A stretch of DNA of 62,077 nt from an uncultured Bacteroidaceae bacterium (GTDB lineage: Bacteria; Bacteroidota; Bacteroidia; Bacteroidales; Bacteroidaceae), in contig CAZYFO010000001.1 in the NCBI GenBank assembly GCA_964646955.1, forward strand, positions 6,485 to 68,561. Reading direction: 5' to 3'. This document shows, piece by piece, positions 47,662 to 57,600 of this stretch; positions within the stretch are counted from its first letter, which is position 1, and each line of letters opens with the position of its first letter. Under the pieces are notes generated by a model. That model saw only the letters and a program-made list of their open reading frames with translations, had not been told where the DNA came from and did no database searches. Position numbers and translations under genes: made by a program.

Positions 47662-49430
47662 TGAAAAAAAGAAAAATAGATATGAAACATTTTTTTAATT
47701 CGCTTAGGCAGTTAATAATGATCGCCATGTTTCTCAGTATCGTGGTTTCATGTACCGATAAATGGGACGATCACTATTCTACTAATGAATCGATTGTGTT
47801 TGACAGCCCAATAGCTGAACTCCTGTCAAGCAAACCGGATGCCTCCAAATTTGTTGAGGCTCTTAAAACAACAAAAATGCTGAAGATTAATGATGACACT
47901 TTAGATGTATCATTCTACGATTTTTTGTTATCTGACCAATTTGTAACAGTTTGGGTTCCTTCAAACGAATCCATGACAGATGCTGAATGGGAGGTGTTTA
48001 CAAAGAGAGACAAGACAGCAAAAGAGCATGAGATGACAGCCAAGAGGCTTATCATGAATCATATAGCCCGTTACAATTTCTCTTTAGGTAATGATAATAA
48101 GAGAGTTGTTATGATGAATGGCAAGTCTTTCCAAATTAAATCGAGTGTTGGAATTGACGTAGCCACTTATTTACGTGGAACAGACAACAATCCTGTAATC
48201 AATGTGGCTTGTTCGAATGGTATTGCTCATTTCTTGAATAATAACGCTCAAGAAGGTAAGTTGCCATATCTTCCTACAATATATGAATTTTTAACCACAG
48301 ATCCTAGATATCGTCCTCTAATAGGTGATTTCTTTGAGAGTTATACTGTCGAGACATTGGATGAGAATGCTAGTGTTGCGTCAGGTATTAATGATGAAGG
48401 TGAAATGGTTTATATTGACTCTGTAACGTATAAGACAAATATTTTAATAAGTTCTTTTGGTTATATTCAAAGAGAAGATAGTTCGTATATAATGGTTATT
48501 CCAACTCCTGAAGGATGGACTGCACAGTTTAATAAACTATTACCCAAATTTGAGTATAGCCCAAAAATTGCCGGTGCTGACTCTTTAGGCAGATTGTATT
48601 CTCATGTTGCAATGATTAGCGATGCCGTTTTTAATAGAAATCTGCAGAAATCTCCAATAGATTCAGTTTGTTCTACTCAATATCGTTACTATAGACTCGG
48701 TATTGAAAAGGAATATTTGGATTTATATAGGTATTATTCTCCATATAACCCCAATACAGGCTTATTCTACAAGGGTTTAGCAGATACAGTCTTATGTAGT
48801 AACGGTGTTATTTATATTACTGATAATTGGAATTTTGATGAATATTCTACTTATAATCTTACTCAAATAAATGATATAAGTGAATCATCAGCGGGCATAT
48901 CAGTTGAACCGGAAGTGGAAAACGGTTTGGGTACATTATATTCAGAGGAATACAATGTCAATTCATCCGATAACTTCGTAATGAAGGTACAAGGCAATCC
49001 CTTTACTTTGAAATGGGCTTTTATGTATAATGTTAGGAGCGTCTTAAAGGGAGATTATATCTTGAAGTTGGTTGTTGTTCATAATCCTGATGATATTAAA
49101 GACAACCGTCCATTGCGTATTCATCCTATTGTTTATTTTTATGAGGATGGCAACGTCTTCAATACCGCAACGAACAATAAGAAAAAATTGGTTGATGAAA
49201 TGAATGGTAGATATCCAAAATATTATCCTACGTCAACTACTGCTGTTGCCTCGGCACGTGATACGATTGTCATTGATAAGGTAATTAGTGTTCCTTACTG
49301 TACTTACGGTCAAAAAGAGGGATCACTTCAGATAAGGATAGAGAATGGTGTTACTACGCCTACCCTAAATAGTAAATATAATCCATTTATGTATCTGGAT
49401 CGTATTATTTTAGAACCTGTTAAAGAGTAA
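47661..49430 (+). CDS. Surface lipoprotein with an N-terminal FAS1-like domain and an uncharacterised C-terminal region
   Basis: 589 aa with lipobox IVVSC. FVEALKTT..., FVTVWVPSNESM and CSNGIAHFLNN are FAS1-like. The ATG overlaps the SusD stop (TAATG). Confidence 0.6.
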   Translation: MKKRKIDMKHFFNSLRQLIMIAMFLSIVVSCTDKWDDHYSTNESIVFDSPIAELLSSKPDASKFVEALKTTKMLKINDDTLDVSFYDFLLSDQFVTVWVPSNESMTDAEWEVFTKRDKTAKEHEMTAKRLIMNHIARYNFSLGNDNKRVVMMNGKSFQIKSSVGIDVATYLRGTDNNPVINVACSNGIAHFLNNNAQEGKLPYLPTIYEFLTTDPRYRPLIGDFFESYTVETLDENASVASGINDEGEMVYIDSVTYKTNILISSFGYIQREDSSYIMVIPTPEGWTAQFNKLLPKFEYSPKIAGADSLGRLYSHVAMISDAVFNRNLQKSPIDSVCSTQYRYYRLGIEKEYLDLYRYYSPYNPNTGLFYKGLADTVLCSNGVIYITDNWNFDEYSTYNLTQINDISESSAGISVEPEVENGLGTLYSEEYNVNSSDNFVMKVQGNPFTLKWAFMYNVRSVLKGDYILKLVVVHNPDDIKDNRPLRIHPIVYFYEDGNVFNTATNNKKKLVDEMNGRYPKYYPTSTTAVASARDTIVIDKVISVPYCTYGQKEGSLQIRIENGVTTPTLNSKYNPFMYLDRIILEPVKE

Positions 49431-49444
49431 GAACTATTAAGACG

Positions 49445-52400
49445 ATGAATATGAAATATCTAAATAATAAAGGTTTTTTAGTTACCGGATTGATTGGCTT
49501 GATGCTGATATTCACGGGCTCGGTTTCTGCTCAAAGCGGTAGCGATGTAAAAACAACCCCTGTGTCCGGTGTGGTTACTGACGCAGCTTCCGGAAATCCG
49601 ATGGTAGGTGTACGTGTTCAGGCTTATAATAATCCATATTATGCCGCTATGACAAAGCCTGATGGATCTTATACCATAAATGTCCCGGATTTTGTATCCT
49701 CTCTGACATTTTCGTTAGAGGGATGTAATTCGACTGTTAGTGCTATCAGAGGTCGTTCGACCGGAGTGGATGTTGAACTCTATTCCGATATATATGCTGA
49801 TATCTATCAGACTCGTACTGCCGCTTCCAAATCAAAAGTAGTTGAGATAGGGAGTATGAATTCTGATATTAGTGTGGATCCCCAGATTCAGCAAAAACTT
49901 ATGGGAGATATTTTTTCCTTAACCCGTTCAGGTCAAATTGGAGTAGGTTCTGCAATGTTGATTAACGGAGTAAATTCACTAAATATTAATACCCAGCCTT
50001 TGATAGTTATTGATGGGGTTATTATGGATATGGGATATGACAATATTTCTATGCATGATGGCTACTACAATAATACTTTGGCAAATATTATGGTCGATGA
50101 TATCGAAAAGGTTACTGTCCTGAAAAATGGATTGGCAGTGTATGGTGCAAAAGGAGCAAACGGTGTAGTATTGATAGATACTAAACGTAATAAAAGCATG
50201 GCTACCAAAATTGACCTTTCAATTGCCGGTAACTATCAGATGCTTCCTAAACTACCTTCTATGATGGATGCTTCTCAGTATCGTTCATATGTATCAGAGT
50301 TGTTGGGAACCACTGGAACCAAATTGAGTAACTTCAAGTTTTTCCAGACTGATCCGAGCTACTACTATTACAATATGTATCATAATGAGACCGATTGGAC
50401 TGAAACAACATACGATGAATCTTTCATCCAGAGTTACAGTGTAAATGTTCAAGGTGGTGACGAGGTTGCAAACTATAACCTTTCTGTTGGTTATGCTTTT
50501 GGTGATGCTACACTTGTCGATAACGATTTTTCACGTTTTAACCTCAGACTTAATTCCGATATTATTTTATCAGAAAAGATGACACTGCGTTTTGATGCAG
50601 CATACAGCGATGTTACCCGTGATCTTCGTGACGATGGAGCAGTAGATGATATTGATAATTCGATGTTAACATCACCCGGTTATCTTTCTTTGATTAAATC
50701 ACCTTTCCTTTCACCTTATGCATTTGACGTATTCGGAAATAAATCCAGTTATCTGGCTTCAAATGATGATTATCTAAATGAGGTTTTGGGTTCGGAGGTT
50801 TCTTTGTCAAATCCTTTGGCATTATTGAACAATGGTGAGGGTATTAACAAAAACTATTTGGGAAACCGACTGATTACGTTGTCCGTTACACCGAAATACG
50901 AATTCAGCCGTTATCTTTCTCTTAATGAACATTTTAGTTATACTCTTTCAAATACTGACGAGAATTATTATATTCCTAACAATGGTACTGCTCAATTTGA
51001 GATTGAAGGACTTGGTGCGGTTAAGAATAAGGCTTCAGCCATGAATGCTAAGCAGGACGGATTTATGAGTAATACATATCTTAGTTATGCTCGCCGTTTT
51101 AAAGCTCATGACGTTAGAGTCCAAGGAGGTTTTCGCTATTTGAATAATCACAGTTATCAGACTTCGATGCTTGGTTATAATTCAGGTAACGATAAGACCC
51201 CTAATATGACAAGTAACTTGATGTATCCGGAAACTCACGGAGTTGATAGTAAGGATATTTCTTTGACATATTGGGCTCAAGGAGATTATAATTACAAAGA
51301 AAAGTATTATTTAAGTGCCGGCCTGGGCTTCTCTTCCTCATCTAGATTTGGTGGTGATGTTTCTAACGGAGTAAAACTGTTCGGTGTTCCATGGGGTTTG
51401 TTCCCGTCCGTTCAAGGAGCTTGGGTTGCATCTTCAGAGTCATGGTTTAATGTACCTTTTGTTGACTATCTCAAATTGAATGCAGGATTCGACCTTACAG
51501 GCAATGACGGTTTTGACGACTCAGCCGCTCGTACTTATTTTTCTCCTGTGAATATTCTTAGGCTTACTGGACTTGTGATGAGTAATATTGGAAATAACTC
51601 TCTACAATGGGAAACTTCTAAGAAACTAACTGCAGGTATGGATGTTTCTATGTTTAAGGACCGTTTAGCATTATCATTGAATGTTTATCATAGCAATACA
51701 GACAATCTTTTGTCAGTAAGTTCCTTGTCATATCTGACCGGTATCGAGAATTCTTGGAGTAACGGAGGTTCTTTGACCAATAACGGATTTGATTTGTCAA
51801 TAAACGGAAAACTGATCAATAAGCAGGACGTTAAATGGGAAGCCGGATTCAGCTTAGGCCGTTATAATACTGAGGTTACCGCATTGCCGGGAAACAAAGG
51901 TTACACTACAGAACTTTTCGGAGCAAACATTCGTACAGAAATAGGTTCTAGTGTTGGAAGTTTCTATGGATACAAAACCGATGGTGTTTATGCAACTTCT
52001 GATGAAGCTATTGCAGACGGAAAATATTTGGTAACAAAAACAGGTGCTCCTAGATTTTTCGGAGCAGGAGACATGAAGTTTGTTGATATTACCGGTGAAG
52101 GTGAGATAAGTGAAGACGACATGGTACTTTTAGGTGATCCAAATCCTGAATTCTACGGTCGTTTATTTACCTCTTTTAATTATAAGGCATTTACATTAAG
52201 TGCAACATTCAACTACGCAGTAGGACATGAATTGTATAACTATCAACGTATGCTATTGGAGAGTGGCAGTAGATTTAACAACCAGACATTAGCACTAACA
52301 AACCGTTGGGTATGCGAGGGCCAGGAAACAGACATCCCCAAAGTATCTTACGAAGATCCGATGCAGAATGCCAGATTCTCAGATCGTTGGATTGAAGACG

Positions 52401-52633
52401 GTTCTTATTTGAGATTGAAGAATGTTACCTTGAGCTATAAACTGCCGGTAAGCAATTCTTATATTCAAGGTATTACTGTTTGGGGTTCTGCAAATAATCT
52501 GTGGACTCTAACCAACTATCTGGGAGGAGATCCGGAGTTCTCAATGAGTAATAGTATTTATTCTATGGGTATTGATCGCGGTTTGCTGCCACAGTCCACA
52601 AACTTCTCTTTAGGTGTTAAGATTAATCTTTAA
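49445..52633 (+). CDS. SusC/RagA-family TonB-dependent outer-membrane transporter (second copy)
   Basis: 1062 aa with a carboxypeptidase-regulatory-like N-domain (GVVTDAASGNPMVGVRVQA), a plug (PLIVIDGVIM) and a barrel. There is no STN domain. Confidence 0.9.
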   Translation: MNMKYLNNKGFLVTGLIGLMLIFTGSVSAQSGSDVKTTPVSGVVTDAASGNPMVGVRVQAYNNPYYAAMTKPDGSYTINVPDFVSSLTFSLEGCNSTVSAIRGRSTGVDVELYSDIYADIYQTRTAASKSKVVEIGSMNSDISVDPQIQQKLMGDIFSLTRSGQIGVGSAMLINGVNSLNINTQPLIVIDGVIMDMGYDNISMHDGYYNNTLANIMVDDIEKVTVLKNGLAVYGAKGANGVVLIDTKRNKSMATKIDLSIAGNYQMLPKLPSMMDASQYRSYVSELLGTTGTKLSNFKFFQTDPSYYYYNMYHNETDWTETTYDESFIQSYSVNVQGGDEVANYNLSVGYAFGDATLVDNDFSRFNLRLNSDIILSEKMTLRFDAAYSDVTRDLRDDGAVDDIDNSMLTSPGYLSLIKSPFLSPYAFDVFGNKSSYLASNDDYLNEVLGSEVSLSNPLALLNNGEGINKNYLGNRLITLSVTPKYEFSRYLSLNEHFSYTLSNTDENYYIPNNGTAQFEIEGLGAVKNKASAMNAKQDGFMSNTYLSYARRFKAHDVRVQGGFRYLNNHSYQTSMLGYNSGNDKTPNMTSNLMYPETHGVDSKDISLTYWAQGDYNYKEKYYLSAGLGFSSSSRFGGDVSNGVKLFGVPWGLFPSVQGAWVASSESWFNVPFVDYLKLNAGFDLTGNDGFDDSAARTYFSPVNILRLTGLVMSNIGNNSLQWETSKKLTAGMDVSMFKDRLALSLNVYHSNTDNLLSVSSLSYLTGIENSWSNGGSLTNNGFDLSINGKLINKQDVKWEAGFSLGRYNTEVTALPGNKGYTTELFGANIRTEIGSSVGSFYGYKTDGVYATSDEAIADGKYLVTKTGAPRFFGAGDMKFVDITGEGEISEDDMVLLGDPNPEFYGRLFTSFNYKAFTLSATFNYAVGHELYNYQRMLLESGSRFNNQTLALTNRWVCEGQETDIPKVSYEDPMQNARFSDRWIEDGSYLRLKNVTLSYKLPVSNSYIQGITVWGSANNLWTLTNYLGGDPEFSMSNSIYSMGIDRGLLPQSTNFSLGVKINL

Positions 52634-52646
52634 TATGTATATGACT

Positions 52647-54509
52647 ATGAAATATAAATCAATCATATTTGCAGCACTATCCATTGGTGTAATGGCGGGA
52701 GTTTCTTCCTGTGAAGATATGTTGAAAACTGAATCATCGGTGTTGATGTATGACAAAGAAGACAATTTGAGCAATGCCACCGATACAGTTTACTCTGTAT
52801 TGGGTATTATTCAGAAAATGCAAAAAATTGCTGATAGAACGATTTTACTCGGAGAACTCCGTGGCGATTTGGTTTCCACTACCGATTATGCCACCTCTGA
52901 TTTGAAAGAGCTAGGGAGTTTTTCAGGTTCTATTGATAACAAATATAATAATGCTGTAGATTATTATGCAATAATCAATAACTGCAATTATTATTTATCC
53001 CATGCAGACACTACCTATATAAGAGGTGGTAAGTCTGTTTTTAAGAATGAATACGTTGCAGTATTGGCATTCAGAGCATGGACCTATATGCAGCTCGGAC
53101 AGATTTACGGTAAAGTTCCGTTTGTAACTGAACCTATAGTTAGTGGAGATAAGGCTGATTTGAGCAATTATCCTCTCAGGGATATAAAATATATTGCTCA
53201 ACAGCTTATTCCCGATTTGGTGGGAAATGAAGATACTCCATTCCCAAACTACGGTGAAATTACAATAGGGCAACTTAAAATGGACTCCAGAAAGTTCTTT
53301 TTGCCTGTAAGACTTGTGTTGGGTGATCTATGTTTGTGGGCCGGTGAGGGTTATTATGCCGATGCAGCCAAGTATTATCATGACTACTTGTCCTCATTGA
53401 AGCAGAATGTTCCTACAACTACGCAAGGTATATGGTGGATATCTGCATATTTTAATTCTACTTTATTATCTTATCAAAATGCTTTTACTGAAGGTCCTAA
53501 TAATAGGGATAGGTCTCAGATAGCTTATATACCTATGGAGTCTGAAGACTACAACGGAGTAGTAAGTGATCTGGATAATATCTTTGAATCTACAGTAGAC
53601 AACGATTACTATTATCAGGCAACTGCCTCTTCGGCTTTGCGTCAATTGTCTGCCGATCAGATTTATTGTTATGCTTATTATCCTACTGTAAGTAAGAATG
53701 AGGTTAGAGCCAGATATGTGCTTGATACAGAAAAATATCCCACTAAACCCGTACCGAGTACTGCAGATTCTGTAATTTTGTTTGAAAGAAATGAGATTCC
53801 GAATTCATGGTTGCGTGGAGATTTAAGATTGTATTCCATTATTGATATTTCCACACTTACTTCTGATATGGCTAATTATAGTACTTCTTATCAGACGCTG
53901 AAAAAAATTTCTACAGACAGGATTTGTTTATATAGAAATGATGTTGTATATTTGAGGCTTGCAGAGGCAATGAATAGAGCTGGTTTACCGGAGATGGCGT
54001 TCCTTGTTTTGAAGTATGGACTCTGTCAAGATAATATTCTTACCAAAGTAAGTGCTTCTGAAAGGGCAAAAGCAACTATGTTGGGTCTTACAGAGTTTAA
54101 CTCGAACCTATTCTCACCAGCGGTGTTAGATTATGTTGAGGGTTCTCTTAGTATATATGAACCGGCAGAGCAGAATAGACCCAAGAATACTATTGGGATA
54201 CATTCTCGCGGAAGTGGAATATCAACATATAATGACTTCTACGTTATTCCTGCTTGTGCAAATTTGAGTGATTCAATAAAAGCTGTAGAGGAGATGATCG
54301 TTGATGAAATGGCTTTGGAAACTTGTTTTGAAGGTTATCGTTTCGGTGATCTGATGAGAGTTTCAATGCACAGAGCAGAACAGTTGGGCGGCTTTGCCGA
54401 CAATGAATTCTTAGCAAAGAGGATTTCTAAAAGAGATGCTTCTCTCTACAGTAAACTAAACAATGGTGGTAATGGATATAATTCAAACTGGTTTTTACCT
54501 TTACCTTAA
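52647..54509 (+). CDS. SusD/RagB-family lipoprotein (second copy)
   Basis: About 620 aa counted from the ATG at 52647, with lipobox GVSSC. RAWTYMQLGQIYGKVPF and ALETCFEGYRFGDLMRV are SusD-like. The tracked ORF start at 52614 overlaps the end of SusC. Confidence 0.85.
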   Translation: MKYKSIIFAALSIGVMAGVSSCEDMLKTESSVLMYDKEDNLSNATDTVYSVLGIIQKMQKIADRTILLGELRGDLVSTTDYATSDLKELGSFSGSIDNKYNNAVDYYAIINNCNYYLSHADTTYIRGGKSVFKNEYVAVLAFRAWTYMQLGQIYGKVPFVTEPIVSGDKADLSNYPLRDIKYIAQQLIPDLVGNEDTPFPNYGEITIGQLKMDSRKFFLPVRLVLGDLCLWAGEGYYADAAKYYHDYLSSLKQNVPTTTQGIWWISAYFNSTLLSYQNAFTEGPNNRDRSQIAYIPMESEDYNGVVSDLDNIFESTVDNDYYYQATASSALRQLSADQIYCYAYYPTVSKNEVRARYVLDTEKYPTKPVPSTADSVILFERNEIPNSWLRGDLRLYSIIDISTLTSDMANYSTSYQTLKKISTDRICLYRNDVVYLRLAEAMNRAGLPEMAFLVLKYGLCQDNILTKVSASERAKATMLGLTEFNSNLFSPAVLDYVEGSLSIYEPAEQNRPKNTIGIHSRGSGISTYNDFYVIPACANLSDSIKAVEEMIVDEMALETCFEGYRFGDLMRVSMHRAEQLGGFADNEFLAKRISKRDASLYSKLNNGGNGYNSNWFLPLP

Positions 54510-54524
54510 TTAAATTTCTTAGGA

Positions 54525-54557
54525 AGGTTGTGGCCTGGCACCTCTTGGCTACAACCT
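54525..54557 (+). other. Intergenic hairpin without a T-run between the second SusD gene and the T9SS cargo gene
   Basis: aggttgtggcc/ggctacaacct forms an 11-bp stem with one G-T pair and an 11-nt loop. It could be an RNA processing, stability or partial termination element. Confidence 0.3.
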
Positions 54558-54617
54558 CCCTATATAAATAATTTGTAAACCTTTTATTAACTAATTTATT
54601 AACTAAACAATCATTTT

Positions 54618-57600
54618 ATGAAAAATCGTGACTTTATGATTGCTGGTTCTCTTTTGCTTGGTTTTTGCCTTACGGCTCAGGCCCAGAAAAATGATGACCA
54701 ACTGTATTTCTACGGTTTTGAGGACAATTTGACATCCTTTACGGATTCGTCAAAACCTCTTGACTCGATCATGAAACTGAGGTATTATACCAAAGCTGAT
54801 GATGGTGGCGGTTCAAAGGATATTACCGGCTGGACCCTAGATCCTGTTGAGTACGACACCGCTCTTTACTTGTTGAACGGTCTCTCTCCTTATAGAGCAG
54901 ACGTTTACTCAGCTGTTTATGTTGAAACTGACCAACATCAGGAAGACATGAAGAAATTAGGTGCAGTAGGTGGCAACTATTATCTGCATGTTAAAACCGG
55001 TAAGAATTCTGATGGTGGGACTACTGAGTCAGCTGACTATCAGGGTTGTCTGTTTATCAGAAACATTCCTATTGAGGATTATACTTCTTATCGTTTGGTT
55101 TATTATCGCAAGACTGATCAGCCTTCTCAAGCTAAGATGTATTCAGGTATTCTGCGCGGTTACTATAATTCAGAGAAATCAATTTCTATGGATGGAGAAA
55201 ATGCTAGCGGAACAGAATTCATGATGCATGAGACCAGCGGTATCACAAGCAATTGGCAGCGTGTTACTCTTATGACTTATTATCAGAATGACTCTGTTGC
55301 TAATCACCATTGTTACAAGGCTGGTTATTGGTGGACAAGCGGATGGTCTAGACTAGCTGCTGACGGTTCAGGTCAAGAGCGCGTTTACATTGAGCAGCCG
55401 GACAAATTCTTTGTTCGTCTGACATTCTCCGCTCCTGAAACTGATTATTACATTGATGATATTGCTCTTTACAAATCATCAATCGGTGGTGCTGAGTCAA
55501 ACGTTAACATCATTCGTGTTAACTTCGGTTATGCAACCAACCTAAAGGATTTGGCTAATGCTTCTGACCTAAAGTCTATTGAGTTACCGGGTGAATATTT
55601 CACTATTACCGGTGTAGACAGCTTTATTGAGAATTCAGCAGGTGCTACCCGTGGATTGGATGAGACTGATGCAGATTTTAAGGCTCGTTGCGGTGAAAAT
55701 GCTTTCTATGAAAGATCAGACATACCTGTAACATCAGCTGAATATCACAATGACGGTTATATGTATATTTTCCTTGCTGATAATGAATCAACCAGTGAAC
55801 CGCAAAACTGCGACTTCTACGGTGATATCAGAATCAGCTTTACCAACCCTGTGGATAATCCGAAGATGGCTTTGAAGTACAACGGTACTCTCTTCCCTAA
55901 CTCGCTTGATACTACATGGGTTAAAGCAGGCAAATTGGTTCCGAACTTCTCAAATGAGTTCGTTCTACCTAACGTCAGTGTATCTGCTACACCAGTTGCT
56001 TTGCTTCCTCCTACTGCTCTTTCTATTACACCTACTAACGGTTCTTTCAAACTTCCTACTACTACTACTACTGTTAAGGTACGTTTCAATAAGCCGGTAT
56101 ATTGCGATCCGGGTAAATTTACTGATATGGGTGTATTAGCTCTTTTCAGAAAAGCGGGTACTGTTGAAACATGGTTTGCTTCTGAATTCAATGCTACTGA
56201 TTCTACAGTTGTATTTACACGTCAGACAACAGATCAGAATAAGGGTGAACTCTCCGGTGACTATGTAATTGAGATAATTCAGGCTAAAGCTGGTGCTTCT
56301 TATGATGCAGCTCCAATTGTGAAGTTTGCTTTGACATTCGGTACCGAAATGGCTGCTCCTGACAGACTTGTAAAGGATGATTTCCAGACTCTTGCTGTTG
56401 GTGCAACCAATCCTGCCGGATTTGCTGTTAATGCTAGCTGTATGATGAAAATCGGTGCATTCAAGGGTCTTGTTACTAAGGCTTTGATGTTCGGTCTCTA
56501 TGGTGTAAATCTACCGAATGGTGCTCCTATCTTGACTTATACTCTGACTGTTACCGAACCATGTACGAAGCGTGTATCATTTGCAGTCAGCGGATGTAAG
56601 AAGAGCTCTTGGAATGATGCTGCTATGTTGGAATTCCGTATATTTAACAATGAAAAGGCTTTGGGTGACACTATTGCTGATGCTTATCAAGAATGGGGAG
56701 GAAGCGACTATAAACCTGAAGAAGGTGGCACAGTAACAGGTTATGACGAATATCAGAAAATGGTAACATTCCCGAAGGCCGGTACATATACGTTGGAGTG
56801 GAAGATGCCTAATGAGAATTCACATGGTGGCGGCCATAAGGGTGGACGTGTTCTGTACTACTTCGAGGTTTCCAATGAATATTCAAATGCTTATAAGTAC
56901 ATTGAGAAAGTTGACGGTGCTTTAGCCGCAGCTGAAGCAATGAAGGTAAATGCAGAGGCAGCTCCTAAGTTTGCAGGTTCTGTTCTTAATGCATTGAGTG
57001 ATATGATTACTCTTTACGATGGCTTCACAACCTCGACTACTCCTATTTACACTAATCCTAATGATTATATTAAGGCTGCTTCAGATCTTTCTGACGCAAC
57101 AAGTGCTATGAAGGTTAGAATTGATACTGTTGGCATCTACGAGAAGGAGTATAATATTTGTGATTCTATTGCTAATTCTTATGATGGAACAGATACTGCT
57201 AACGTAGCTGTTGTACTTGCAGCAAAGGCTCTTATGTTACAACATAAATCATTGAATCTTCCTGCTACTGAGCCTGCTGATTTGCGCATTATCATTAAGA
57301 ATATTCAGAATGCTACCAAGGCTATGAATGACAGACAGGCATTGGCTCATAAGTTTATCAAGTTGATTGCTGATGTAGATAATGTACTTGATGTTAAGAA
57401 GACTTATAACTTCTTCGCAGAATATCCTGCTCTTGAGACTGCTTATAACAACAATAAGGGTCAGGATATCATCCTAGGCACCGATGTTGATATCAATGCA
57501 GCAATCACTGCTGTTCAGAATGCTCTTAATACATTCAACGGTAAGTTAGACGGTGCTTTGGCTATGGCTAATCAGGCTAAACTGTTGTATGATTTAGCAA

